The translations under genes were made by a program, and so were the position numbers. The notes below the pieces were generated by a model. It was not told the DNA's origin. It did no database searches and worked only from the letters and a program-made list of their open reading frames with translations. 64,000 bases of DNA from an uncultured Anaerolineaceae bacterium (GTDB lineage: Bacteria > Chloroflexota > Limnocylindria > Limnocylindrales > CSP1-4). Of the stretch, positions 18,493 through 27,728 are shown piece after piece. Each line of letters opens with the position of its first letter. Position 1 is the first letter of the stretch. The DNA is taken from positions 36,624 to 100,623 of the forward strand of contig CAZOHT010000010.1 of assembly GCA_964579825.1 (NCBI GenBank), in the 5' to 3' direction.

Positions 18493-19416
18493 TCAGCTCG
18501 CGACGCCCAACGCGCGAGTGATCCGGGCGGCGTCCGAGACCGCTCGGATCACCTGGTCGTCAGTGATGTCCTCGAGGCCGGCCCACCCGAGGACCGTCTG
18601 GGCTGCGACCGCGGAACGGATCCCGGTCGTCTCGATGAGGCCCTCGATGGTCAGGGCCTGTACGACGTCGGGCCCAGATCCGTCGGCGAAGGGATGCACC
18701 AGGGGTGCGCGTGGCGTCGGGACCACCAGCGTGTGGCCCCCCGGATCCCCGGCCGCTGCCGGCCCCATCTGCCATCGCTGCCCGGGCGAACGGTTCGTCT
18801 GTCCGGATGCCGGCGCTTCGACCACGAACCACCGGCCTTCGATCAGGACGTGGCGCTCAGGATGGAGGTAGATCGCCCGAACGGCTCTCGCGGCCGCGTC
18901 CGCGTCGGGTGAATCGGGATCCGGATCCATCGCGATGACGATCGGGCGGGCCAACGCCAGGAACGAGGCGACGACCGACTCGATCCACGTCGGATCGGGG
19001 GTCGCCGGGGCCGCGTCCAGCCAGGATGCCGACCACGCCCTCCAGCCGGCCATCGCGGGCCGGGCGTACCGGCTGGCCAACTGATGGTCCACCTTGCGCG
19101 GCGAAGCCGGGACAGCCGGGGCGGGCGCGATGAGCGTCGCCAAGGTGGGAGCAGCCACTGGCCTGGCAGCTTCAGCGCCTTGCCACGGGCCGATCGTCGC
19201 CGGGGCCTGGAGCGGCGCGACGACGACGACGGAGTCGGACTCCGTCGCCGCCGAGCGGACGGCCGGTTCCGGCACCGTCTGCCCGCGCGTCTGGCGTTCC
19301 GAGCGACGGATGAGCAGGATCCGGACGCCGAGGAAGAGCACCATGAACAGCAACGGCACCAGGGCCGCGAGGGCGATCGGCGCGAGTTGTGTCGGCATCG
19401 GCGTTGAGAGCCCCAT
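18493..19416 (-). CDS. membrane-anchored hypothetical protein
   Basis: One N-terminal TM segment (LAPIALAALVPLLFMVLFLGVRILLI), then an Ala/Pro-rich linker and a globular C-terminal part. No family recognised. Confidence 0.55.
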   Translation of the reverse strand: MGLSTPMPTQLAPIALAALVPLLFMVLFLGVRILLIRRSERQTRGQTVPEPAVRSAATESDSVVVVAPLQAPATIGPWQGAEAARPVAAPTLATLIAPAPAVPASPRKVDHQLASRYARPAMAGWRAWSASWLDAAPATPDPTWIESVVASFLALARPIVIAMDPDPDSPDADAAARAVRAIYLHPERHVLIEGRWFVVEAPASGQTNRSPGQRWQMGPAAAGDPGGHTLVVPTPRAPLVHPFADGSGPDVVQALTIEGLIETTGIRSAVAAQTVLGWAGLEDITDDQVIRAVSDAARITRALGVAS

Positions 19417-19578
19417 CGTGCGTGGCGGCTGCGACGCGACGACCTATGGTCGGGCGTCCCGTCATGGTAGGCACCAACCCGTCGGAATGCATCTTGGAGC
19501 CCATCGCGGTGCCGGAGGTCAACGGGTCAAGATGCGTCCCGGGCCGACATCCTGCCTGTACCCGATACCATTGGACCG

Positions 19579-20619
19579 GTGAACACCTCCTCCCGGACCG
19601 TGGCACGTCGAGCTGCGGGTTTGGCGCTCCTCGTGATCGTCATCGTCGGCGTCTCGGCAGCACCCGCCGCGATCACCCCCGTGCCCACGCCGCCCCCGAC
19701 GACCGTGCCGATCGCGGGCACCGCCGCGACCCGGGCCCCGACCGTACCGGAGGCCAAGACCGTCCGCGTCACGTCCATCAAAGCGCTGCTCAACGCGCTC
19801 GAGGACGACACGGTCGACGCGATCGTCGTCAAAGACGGCACCTACCGCATCAGCCCGTCGAATGAGCTCGCTGAAGACTCGCTGTGGATCGGTGCCCGCT
19901 TCGCTGACCGGACGAGGCCAGTCCTTGTCCGCGCGGAGACGCGCGGCGGTGTGACCTTCGAGGGGGATGGGCGGGGCGACTACGGGGCATTGAGCTTCGA
20001 GGACGGCGCTCACCATCAGACGTGGGACGGTTTCAACTTCACGAACATGGTCGCCGATCAGACCGGGGTCATCGAGGTCGGAGGATATGTCCCGAGGCGT
20101 ACGCCGCATCACATCACGGTGACGAACATCCGCATCGAGTCGAGTGTCAAGGGCCGCGCCACGACGATGGTTGGCCGCTCCTGGGACCATGGCATCTACA
20201 TCGCGCACGCGAAAGGCACCGGTCCCCATGACCTGGTCTTCGAAGACATCTACGTCGATGGTCGTGGCGGCCTCGCGAGCGCCGTCCACTTCGATCACGG
20301 CGACGAAGCGAATCCTGCCGCTCGTGACGTCACGGTCCGCCGACTCACCGTGGTCGGGACACAACAAGCCATCATCCTCTGGGAACCTACCCTGCACGAC
20401 ATCACATTCGACTCGGTCACGATCCGGGACGTGCTCCGATTCGGGATCCGTTTCGAATCGATCGGCGCCACAGGCATCACGTTCGCCAATATCACATCGA
20501 TCCGATCAGGCTGCCAGGGGTTCTTCAGCTCGGAGGGCGACGCGCCACCCGGGGTCACGTTCGTGAACGCCGACCTCGACCCCGCGCGAGACCCCGCAGC
20601 GGACGGTTGCCCCGACTGA
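19579..20619 (+). CDS. secreted right-handed beta-helix protein (pectate-lyase-fold, polysaccharide lyase/hydrolase-like); paralog A
   Basis: GTG start. Signal/anchor RRAAGLALLVIVIVGVSAAPA followed by a Pro/Thr linker. Repeating N-I-x-I/V turns (ITVTNIRI, DVTVRRLTV, ITFDSVTI, ITFANIT). Well over half of positions match 24086-25534 by eye. Confidence 0.7.
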   Translation: MNTSSRTVARRAAGLALLVIVIVGVSAAPAAITPVPTPPPTTVPIAGTAATRAPTVPEAKTVRVTSIKALLNALEDDTVDAIVVKDGTYRISPSNELAEDSLWIGARFADRTRPVLVRAETRGGVTFEGDGRGDYGALSFEDGAHHQTWDGFNFTNMVADQTGVIEVGGYVPRRTPHHITVTNIRIESSVKGRATTMVGRSWDHGIYIAHAKGTGPHDLVFEDIYVDGRGGLASAVHFDHGDEANPAARDVTVRRLTVVGTQQAIILWEPTLHDITFDSVTIRDVLRFGIRFESIGATGITFANITSIRSGCQGFFSSEGDAPPGVTFVNADLDPARDPAADGCPD

Positions 20620-20734
20620 CGGTCTCGGAGATCGCGTGGCGGGGGTGGTGGCGAAGCGCAACAGCCCGCGCCGGCATCGATTGACCGTCCAGACCGGACC
20701 ATCCATCATGGTGCACCCCGTTGGAGGACGATTC

Positions 20735-21418
20735 GTGGCTGAAACTCGTCGGTTCGCGACGACCCGGACCTGGTTGTGGTTCATCGCGCTCGCGACGATC
20801 GTCGGTGCGACCGTCGCGATCCTTGCAAGTCAACTCGTCGCCCCCACCTACGCGGGTCGCGCGACGATCCTCGTCTCGCCGATGCCGCGCGAGGCCCAGA
20901 TCACGAATGGCGATCTCGAGGTCACTCGGGTCGCGGCTGCCACGCTCGGCGAGCTGGCGACGACAGGCCCCGTCCTCGATCGAGCGATCGATTCCACAGA
21001 TGTCGCCACGAATGCGACGGCCCTCGCAAAGGTGGTCACGACGCGCGTGCCAGTCGGGACGAGCCTGCTCGAGATCACGGTCACTCAGTCCAACAAGGAC
21101 GCGGCTGCAGAGCTGGCCAACGCGATCGCCGCCGAACTGATCGACTATGCCGACCCGAACCGCTCCAACGGAGGGTCCGCCTGGCAGGTCGACGCGGCCG
21201 TGGTCGACCCCGCGATCCCGCCTACCCAGGCCGAGGGCTTCGGGACCGGGATGACCGTCGTCCTTGCTGCTCTTATCGCCATGGTCATCGCGGCGAGCCT
21301 CGCGTTCCTCGTTGAGAACATGCGGGCCAACCAACCCTTCTCCGACAAGGATCGGAGCGAAGGTCGACGCAGCGACTCGAACTTGGACCGTGGAGACTCC
21401 CGCCAGCCGATCGGCTAA
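20735..21418 (+). CDS. wzz: polysaccharide chain-length determinant (Wzz/PCP-like), no kinase domain
   Basis: TM1 (WLWFIALATIVGATVAILA), a periplasmic-type segment (PVLDRAI...TSLLEITVTQSNKDAAAELANAIA) and a C-terminal TM (MTVVLAALIAMVIAASLAFLV). GTG at 20735 lies 6 nt after GGAGGA. Confidence 0.7.
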   Translation: MAETRRFATTRTWLWFIALATIVGATVAILASQLVAPTYAGRATILVSPMPREAQITNGDLEVTRVAAATLGELATTGPVLDRAIDSTDVATNATALAKVVTTRVPVGTSLLEITVTQSNKDAAAELANAIAAELIDYADPNRSNGGSAWQVDAAVVDPAIPPTQAEGFGTGMTVVLAALIAMVIAASLAFLVENMRANQPFSDKDRSEGRRSDSNLDRGDSRQPIG

Positions 21419-21445
21419 CCGCTCGACCGCGATGGTGACCAACCC

Positions 21446-22813
21446 ATGAGAGCGGCTGCCCTCCGGATCTCGACCGTGACCGGCGTTGACGAGCGGGTCG
21501 CGCTTCGTCTTGCGATCCTCGGGATCCTCGCGTCGGGTGCGATCGTCGGAGCGGCCGTTCTGACACGTGGCCTGCTGCCCGCCGCGGGTCTGGCGGGGGC
21601 CCTGCTCGTCATCGTGGCGAGCCTCCGGTGGCCGCTGATGCTGCTCTACGTCTATGTGTTCCTGATCCCGCTCGAGGAACTCATCGTCCTGGGCCCGTTC
21701 GGGACCGTCACGCGCATCGCGGGCGTCCTGTTCATCGTGGCCTACGCACTGCCGCGGATCGGGCGCCTTCGACTGACGGCGATGCCGTCTGCTGCGTGGG
21801 CCTACCTCGGTTGGGCCATCCTGAGCATCGTGTGGGCGTTGGATCCGACCGTGGCCATGGCGGAGGCCGCCGTCCTCATCCTCCTGTTCGCCATCGGGAC
21901 CGTCATCGCCATCGTGGTCGTCGAGCGCCCGTCCGTCGTGGGCCCCCTCATGTGGACGTATAGCGTCTCCGCCACGATCATCGCCCTCTACGGGCTATTG
22001 CTGTTCCTGATGGGCCAGACGATCGATGGCAACCGGATCGCCGCGCTCCCCGGACAGGACCCGGCCTACTACGCGGCCCTGCTGCTCCCAGCCCTGGCCT
22101 TCAGCCTCGACCGTCTCGTCCAGGGCCGGGATCTCGCACCCAGCGCAGCGGTGGCCATCATCACGCTGACCGGCGTCGTGGTGTCCGGCACACGCGGCGC
22201 CTGGGTCAGCGCCGGCATCGTCATCCTGTTCTTCGTCCTGCCGCGGATCAGCACGCCGAAGCGGATCATCGCCGTCCTTGGGATGCTCATCGTGCTGCTT
22301 GGGAGCCTCCAGGTCCCGGCTGTCTCGTCGCTGCTCACCGAACGGACCGAGATCGCCGTGTCGAGCGGAGGCGCCGGACGGACGGACATCTGGACCGTCG
22401 GCATCGGGATCATCAAGCAGGCCCCGATCGTGGGCGTGGGTCTGGCGAACTTCCCGACCGCCTATACGGCCGAACTCGTGCGCGACTCCGACGTCGGTGT
22501 CTACTCGGCGGAAAACCCCGCCCACCGCAACTCGCACAGCATCATCATCGGGACGATGGGTGAGTTGGGCATCATCGGTTTCGCATTCCTGTGCCTCCTG
22601 ATCCTGCCGCTGGTGTTCCGACCCGGTTGGGGAGTCGATGCCGTGGCGATCCAGTCCGCCCTCGTGGCGCTCGTCATGAGCGCCCTGTTCCTCGACATCA
22701 TCAATCGCAAGCAGTTCTGGCTCATCGTCGGGCTTGCGTGTGGCCTGGCCTACGTCGCTCGTTCGGAACGTCTGCGCACGTTGGTCCGACCGTCGGCGCC
22801 CACGCCGAGCTGA
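21446..22813 (+). CDS. wzy: O-antigen ligase/polymerase-family membrane protein (Wzy-like)
   Basis: More than 10 TM segments and the Wzy_C-type loop (TRGAWVSAGIVILFF ... HRNSHSIIIGTMGELGIIG). Confidence 0.75.
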   Translation: MRAAALRISTVTGVDERVALRLAILGILASGAIVGAAVLTRGLLPAAGLAGALLVIVASLRWPLMLLYVYVFLIPLEELIVLGPFGTVTRIAGVLFIVAYALPRIGRLRLTAMPSAAWAYLGWAILSIVWALDPTVAMAEAAVLILLFAIGTVIAIVVVERPSVVGPLMWTYSVSATIIALYGLLLFLMGQTIDGNRIAALPGQDPAYYAALLLPALAFSLDRLVQGRDLAPSAAVAIITLTGVVVSGTRGAWVSAGIVILFFVLPRISTPKRIIAVLGMLIVLLGSLQVPAVSSLLTERTEIAVSSGGAGRTDIWTVGIGIIKQAPIVGVGLANFPTAYTAELVRDSDVGVYSAENPAHRNSHSIIIGTMGELGIIGFAFLCLLILPLVFRPGWGVDAVAIQSALVALVMSALFLDIINRKQFWLIVGLACGLAYVARSERLRTLVRPSAPTPS

Positions 22814-22814
22814 G

Positions 22815-23744
22815 GTGGCGCATCGTCCACCCCTCGCGGCGCCGGTCGCTCGTGCCGTCGTGACGGGCGGGGCCGGGTTCGTCGGAAGTCACCTCGTCGA
22901 TCGACTGACCCGCGACGGCGTTGCCGTCCTCGTCGTCGATGACCTGTCGACCGGGCGGATGGACAACCTGCCGTCCAGCGTGACCCTCGAGGAGGTCGAC
23001 ATCGCGACCGACGAACTCGAGGCCATGTTCCGCCGCTGGCGTCCGGACGTCGTCTTCCACCTGGCGGCGCAAGCCAGTGTCCCGCTCTCGCTGAAGGACC
23101 CGATGCGTGACCTGGCCGTCAACGTCGTCGGGACCCATCGCGTCGCCTCGTCGGCACGCCTGGCTGGCGCCGAACGACTCGTGTTCGTGTCGTCTGGTGG
23201 TGCCATCTACGGCGAGACGTCGCGACCAGCGACGGAACGAACGACCCCGAAGCCGTCCTCCTACTACGGGGTCCACAAGCTCGCCGCCGAGGGCCATGTC
23301 AGCCTGTGTGGGATCCCGTTCGCGATCGCGCGGCCGTCGAATATCTATGGGCCTATCCAGACCGGAGGTCTCGACGGGGCGGTCGTCGCAGCGTTCGTGG
23401 AGGCTGCGAGCTCCACGGGCTCGATCCGGATCGACGGCGATGGGTCGCAGACGCGCGACTTCGTCGACGCCCGCGATGCGGTCGAGGCATTACTCCTGCT
23501 CGCCGACCAGGACACGCCTGTCGGGACCTGGAACATCGCCTCCGGGCGGCGTGTCTCGATCACCGAGCTAGCCGACTTGGTGGAAGCGGCACTTGGCCGT
23601 CCGCTCATTCGCACGTCCTCGTCGAGCCGGCCCGGCGACGTCCAGCACTCGTCCGTCTCGAGTACGAAGCTTCGGCGGCTCGGCTGGCGGCCGCGGCGCG
23701 ACCTGGCCACCGGCGTGCGCGAACTGATCGCCCTTCGCGCCTGA
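22815..23744 (+). CDS. NAD-dependent sugar epimerase (UDP-glucose 4-epimerase-like SDR)
   Basis: VVTGGAGFVGSHLV, VFVSSGGAIYG and YYGVHK (YxxxK). GTG at 22815 follows the wzy stop directly. Confidence 0.8.
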   Translation: MAHRPPLAAPVARAVVTGGAGFVGSHLVDRLTRDGVAVLVVDDLSTGRMDNLPSSVTLEEVDIATDELEAMFRRWRPDVVFHLAAQASVPLSLKDPMRDLAVNVVGTHRVASSARLAGAERLVFVSSGGAIYGETSRPATERTTPKPSSYYGVHKLAAEGHVSLCGIPFAIARPSNIYGPIQTGGLDGAVVAAFVEAASSTGSIRIDGDGSQTRDFVDARDAVEALLLLADQDTPVGTWNIASGRRVSITELADLVEAALGRPLIRTSSSSRPGDVQHSSVSSTKLRRLGWRPRRDLATGVRELIALRA

Positions 23745-23993
23745 CCGATCCACACGGGACTGCCGCGTCCGCGACGTGATCCGCAGAGGCAGGCTACACT
23801 GGTGCCCGCAGGCATCACATTTGCCTCGCAGGGACCGGCCCCATCGGGACCCCACCCGATCGACGTCCCACGACCCCCAAGCCCCGCGTAGGTCCTGGCT
23901 CCGGCGAGGCTGCGACCTGCCCGAGGATCCTCGCACCCTGGCGCTCACCGCCACGGTCAAGACTCTGGGACCGGGCGTCGCCATGCGACACCA

Positions 23994-24085
23994 CCCGGCC
24001 CTCGAAGCACACCCGTCGCGAGGCGGGGCCGCAAAGCCACGGGACCCCCAGGGTCAGCCGGGCTGCCGGAAGGAGTACCGATCGC
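23994..24085 (+). promoter_or_regulatory. candidate c-di-GMP-I (GEMM-I)-like riboswitch leader, copy 1
   Basis: A-GCACA-[CCCGUC-GCGA-GGCGGG]-GCCGCAAAGCC...GGUCAGCCGGGCUGCCGGAAGGAG runs into the SD and the ATG at 24086. It aligns block-for-block with the Vc2 GEMM-I core as I recall it (GCAAA / GNRA hairpin / GACGCAAAGCC / AGCGGGGUUACCGA). A second copy lies at 38657-38750 (-). Confidence 0.6.
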
Positions 24086-25534
24086 ATGCATCGGGACACG
24101 TTCAACCGGGTCGACGAGACCCCCACGCCGCTCCCCACCCAGTCCGTTCGACGGCCCCGGCCGGTGCGTCGGCGGGCGATCGGCGTCGTCGCACTCGTGT
24201 TGCTGGCCCTCGTCGGATCGACCGTCGAAGTGTTCGCCGGTGCCGCCTCGGGCGGCCTGGTGAACCCGGAGACCACGACCCAGGAGGCTACGACGTCCGT
24301 CACGTCGTACCAGGAAGGCAGCGCCAGGATCACCTACAACGGTCGCTGGGCGAACGCGTCATACAGTGGCTACTCGGGCGGACTTGCCCGCGGTTCGATC
24401 CAGCGCAACGCCGGAGCGACGTTCGCGTTCACCGGCAAGAGCGTCTCCTGGGTCGGGCCGGTCGGTCCGACGCGAGGCGCGGCAAAGGTCTATGTCGACG
24501 GGACCTACGTCAAGACCGTCAGCACATACGCCAGCCGATTCGTCGCATCAAAGACCCTCTTCAGCAAGGCCTTCACGACGTCCGGGGCCCACACCCTGCG
24601 CATCGTCGTCGTGGCGACGACCGGTCACCCCCTGGTCGCCATCGACAAGTTCACCGTGAGCTCGACGAGCACCACAACGGCGCCGGTGGCTCCGACCACG
24701 ACCGGAACCACGGTCACGGTGACCTCGATCCCGGCCCTGCTGACCGCCCTGGATAACAACAACGTGGGCCAGATCATCGTGAAGAACGGGACCTATCGCA
24801 TCAGTCCGTCCAACCAGACCGCCTCGAACTCGCTATGGATCGGCGGGCGCTTCGCGGACCGGACCAGGCCGATCGTCGTTCGAGCGGAGACGCGCGGTGG
24901 CGTGATCTTCGATGGCGGGGGCGGATCGAGCTTCGGCGGTCTGAGCTTCGAGGATGGGGCCCATCATCAGACCTGGGATGGCTTCACATTCGCGAACATG
25001 GCGGCGACGGAGACCGGGATCATCGAGGTCGGCGGGTACGTGCCGCGCCGAGCGCCCCACAACATCATCGTGCGCAACATCGTGATCAAGAGCTCATGCA
25101 CGGGCCGGGCAACGACCTCGAGTGGGCGGAGCTGGGATCATGGGATCTACATCGCCCATGCGCTCAAGACAGGTCCGTATACCCTCCGATTCGAGAACAT
25201 CACGGTGGACGGGCGCGGCGGCCTCGCCAGTGCGGTCCACTTCTACCACAGCACGTCGGAGGCCCCGAACGCCTCCAGCGTCGTCGTCCGAGGACTGCAC
25301 GTGACGGGCACCCAGCAGGCCGTCATCCTGTGGGATTCGACCCTGCGGAACATCACGATCGACGACGTGGATGTCAACGGGGCCCTCGGCTACGCCATCC
25401 GCTACGAGGGGGCCGGATCATCCGGCATCATCCTGTCTAACATCACCACGAGGAACTCCGGCTACCAGGGGTTCTACAGCACGCAGGGCTCGAAGCCGGC
25501 CGGCGTCACGTTCATCAACAACAGCTTCAACTGA
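24086..25534 (+). CDS. membrane-anchored CBM-like beta-sandwich plus beta-helix protein; paralog B
   Basis: N-terminal tail with VDETP motif and a TM segment (AIGVVALVLLALVG). A carbohydrate-binding-module-like domain follows (YNGRW...GATFAFTGKSVSWVGPVGPTRGAAKVYVDG...HTLRIVV), then a Thr-rich linker and a beta-helix domain paralogous to 19579-20619. Confidence 0.7.
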   Translation: MHRDTFNRVDETPTPLPTQSVRRPRPVRRRAIGVVALVLLALVGSTVEVFAGAASGGLVNPETTTQEATTSVTSYQEGSARITYNGRWANASYSGYSGGLARGSIQRNAGATFAFTGKSVSWVGPVGPTRGAAKVYVDGTYVKTVSTYASRFVASKTLFSKAFTTSGAHTLRIVVVATTGHPLVAIDKFTVSSTSTTTAPVAPTTTGTTVTVTSIPALLTALDNNNVGQIIVKNGTYRISPSNQTASNSLWIGGRFADRTRPIVVRAETRGGVIFDGGGGSSFGGLSFEDGAHHQTWDGFTFANMAATETGIIEVGGYVPRRAPHNIIVRNIVIKSSCTGRATTSSGRSWDHGIYIAHALKTGPYTLRFENITVDGRGGLASAVHFYHSTSEAPNASSVVVRGLHVTGTQQAVILWDSTLRNITIDDVDVNGALGYAIRYEGAGSSGIILSNITTRNSGYQGFYSTQGSKPAGVTFINNSFN

Positions 25535-25628
25535 GAGTCGCCCAGGACTCTCAGCCAATATGCCCCGATGTGCCTTGCAGGCACGCCGGGGCAGGACTGG
25601 GGTCGGATTGGGTTCGCGCTCTGGACCG

Positions 25629-26873
25629 TTGATCGCCGATACGGAGCGGCCACGCCTCCGCATCGCCATGGCCCTCTATTCCACCCTCGACCATGACAGT
25701 CGGGTCCTGCGGGAGGCTGGCAGTCTGGCTGCGGCCGGCCACGACGTCACCGTCTACTGCCTCGCCTGGGCCGGCACCACCGAGGTCTCCTTCCGCGTCG
25801 TCACGCATCGACCGGATCGCTCAAGCGTCCTGCCGGATGCCAGCAGCTCGTTCCACCGTGGTGGTCGTGTCGGTCCGCTCCGCCGACTGACACGCCTGGC
25901 CGGATGGATGAGCGGCTACATCCGGAACATCCGGGCGTGGGGCAGCTGGATCGTCGAGGACGCCGGAGCCGTCGACGCCTGGCACGCGCATGACCTTCCA
26001 GGGCTGATCGCCATCGGACCTCGCGTCCGCTCCGGTGCGGCCCTCGTGTACGACAGCCACGAGATCTTCCTCGAGGCGGGCACGGCGACCCGCCTTCCGG
26101 GTCCGGTGCGTCGACTCCTGGCCGCGTACGAGCGACGACTCGTCCGCCGCGTCGATGCGATGGTGACTGTCAACGAGGCCTACGCCGGCGTCCTCGAGAA
26201 GCGGCTCGCCCCACGCCGCATGGTGATCGTTCGGAACTGCCCGCCGCGCTGGCAGCCGACGGCCGATGGCGCTCCTCGGCTGCGGGCATCGGCCGGGCTC
26301 GCCGACGATGTCCCGCTCATCCTGTACCACGGGTCCCTCGCGGCCGATCGCGGCATCGAGCAGTCGGTCGCCGCCCTGTCCGGACCTGGCATGGAGGATG
26401 TCCATCTGGCGTTACTGGGCTTTGGGAACGTCGACCGACTCGGCATCGATGGTGCTCCGGCGTCGGCTCGCGTCCATCGGGTCGAGGCCGTGTCGCCGGC
26501 GGAGTTGCTGGGGTGGGTCTCGGAAGCCGACGTCGATGTCATGCCCCTCCAGCGGTCCAGCCTCAATCATTGGCTATGCACGCCGAACAAGCTGTGGGAG
26601 AGCCTCGCAGCTGGAGTCCCCGTGGTGGTGAGCGACTTCCCCGTGATGCGCAGGATCGTCATGGACGACCCGGGGGGACCTCTGGGCGCCGTCTGCGATC
26701 CGGCCGACCCGGCGTCGCTCGCGGTCGCTGTCCGTTCGCTCCTCGACAGGCCGCCATCTGACCGTGCGGTGCTGCGGGCCCGGTGTCGCGCCGCTGCAGC
26801 CGAGCGCTGGAACTGGGAGACGGAGTCCGCTCGCCTGATCGACCTCTATGGCGACCTGGGCCGCACAGGGTAG
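25629..26873 (+). CDS. glycosyltransferase family 4
   Basis: LRIAMALYS N-terminus, a GT-B fold and the C-terminal EX7E-type region (CTPNKLWESLAAGVPVVVSD). Start is uncertain (TTG 25629, ATG 25560 or ATG 25668). Confidence 0.75.
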   Translation: MIADTERPRLRIAMALYSTLDHDSRVLREAGSLAAAGHDVTVYCLAWAGTTEVSFRVVTHRPDRSSVLPDASSSFHRGGRVGPLRRLTRLAGWMSGYIRNIRAWGSWIVEDAGAVDAWHAHDLPGLIAIGPRVRSGAALVYDSHEIFLEAGTATRLPGPVRRLLAAYERRLVRRVDAMVTVNEAYAGVLEKRLAPRRMVIVRNCPPRWQPTADGAPRLRASAGLADDVPLILYHGSLAADRGIEQSVAALSGPGMEDVHLALLGFGNVDRLGIDGAPASARVHRVEAVSPAELLGWVSEADVDVMPLQRSSLNHWLCTPNKLWESLAAGVPVVVSDFPVMRRIVMDDPGGPLGAVCDPADPASLAVAVRSLLDRPPSDRAVLRARCRAAAAERWNWETESARLIDLYGDLGRTG

Positions 26874-26915
26874 CGCCGTGCGTTCCGCCCATCGACGCGG
26901 TCCGCGCCTCCCGAG

Positions 26916-27722
26916 TCAGCCGCGCTTCGACATCCGATAGGCCACATCCTCACGGATCCGTGCGACGTCGTCGCGCAGATTGCCCATGCGATCCGCCTGC
27001 CACGACCGAGGGTGGATGAGGAGATAGACGACACGCTCCCCGCGATCGATGGCCGAGTACGGATCGCCATGCATCCACTGGTCGGGGTAGAGCAGGTCGC
27101 GATGGTAGCTGGTCACGGTCTGGAGGAACGACTCGTCATAGGTTTCGAGCCGCACGCCCATGCTGCCACGGAAGGCGGGGTCCGCCAGGATCTCGGTGTT
27201 CTTCACTTCGAGTCGCCGGTTCAGGAAGTCGCCGTGTGAGGCGACGACCGACATCGGGAGCCCGGTCACGCGCCTGAGCCGCGCGATGTTCACGGCGAAC
27301 CGTTCGCGCGCCTCCGGGATCAGGGCTCGGGCGGCCGCGGTGGTCCGCGGACGCCGGTCCTTGGCGACGGTGGCCAACTCCTCGTAGTGATAGCTCGCCT
27401 CTCCCCCTCGGGCGTCGATCGCCTGCATCAGACCCACATCCAGCGTGGAGAGCCGGAAGAAGAACGAGCCGCGGACACCGAGACGCGCCTCGATCTCCCA
27501 CATCGACCGCGCGGTCCCTGGGTCCGTATCGATGTCGTGGCGAAGCAGGAGGTAGCGCTGCCCAGGAACCCCGTCGCCCCGCGCGAGCTCCCAATACCGC
27601 CCGATCGGAACGATGGCGTACCCGTGATCGATCGCGTGTCGCAGCAGCGCCTCGTAGGCCTCGAGGCGGGACGCCATGAAGAAATCGGCCACGACCCGGT
27701 CACGCACCGTCCGGAGGTCCAT
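26916..27722 (-). CDS. polysaccharide deacetylase-like / carbohydrate esterase-like protein (tentative)
   Basis: 268 aa. LLLRHDIDTD and ASHGDF look like a metal-binding Asp/His pattern of deacetylase-type folds. Family assignment is weak. Confidence 0.45.
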   Translation of the reverse strand: MDLRTVRDRVVADFFMASRLEAYEALLRHAIDHGYAIVPIGRYWELARGDGVPGQRYLLLRHDIDTDPGTARSMWEIEARLGVRGSFFFRLSTLDVGLMQAIDARGGEASYHYEELATVAKDRRPRTTAAARALIPEARERFAVNIARLRRVTGLPMSVVASHGDFLNRRLEVKNTEILADPAFRGSMGVRLETYDESFLQTVTSYHRDLLYPDQWMHGDPYSAIDRGERVVYLLIHPRSWQADRMGNLRDDVARIREDVAYRMSKRG

Positions 27723-27728
27723 CGGTCC

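Noticed and set aside
23776-24756. Conserved peptide HPSRGGAAKPR-P-GQPGCR shared by shadow ORFs 23776-24756 (+) and 38274-38975 (-), considered as a possible small conserved ORF
   Set aside because: The conserved stretch has no nearby start codon. It runs out of frame through the ATG of the downstream gene. Its nucleotide differences track RNA helices rather than synonymous sites, so it is better explained as the riboswitch-like RNA.
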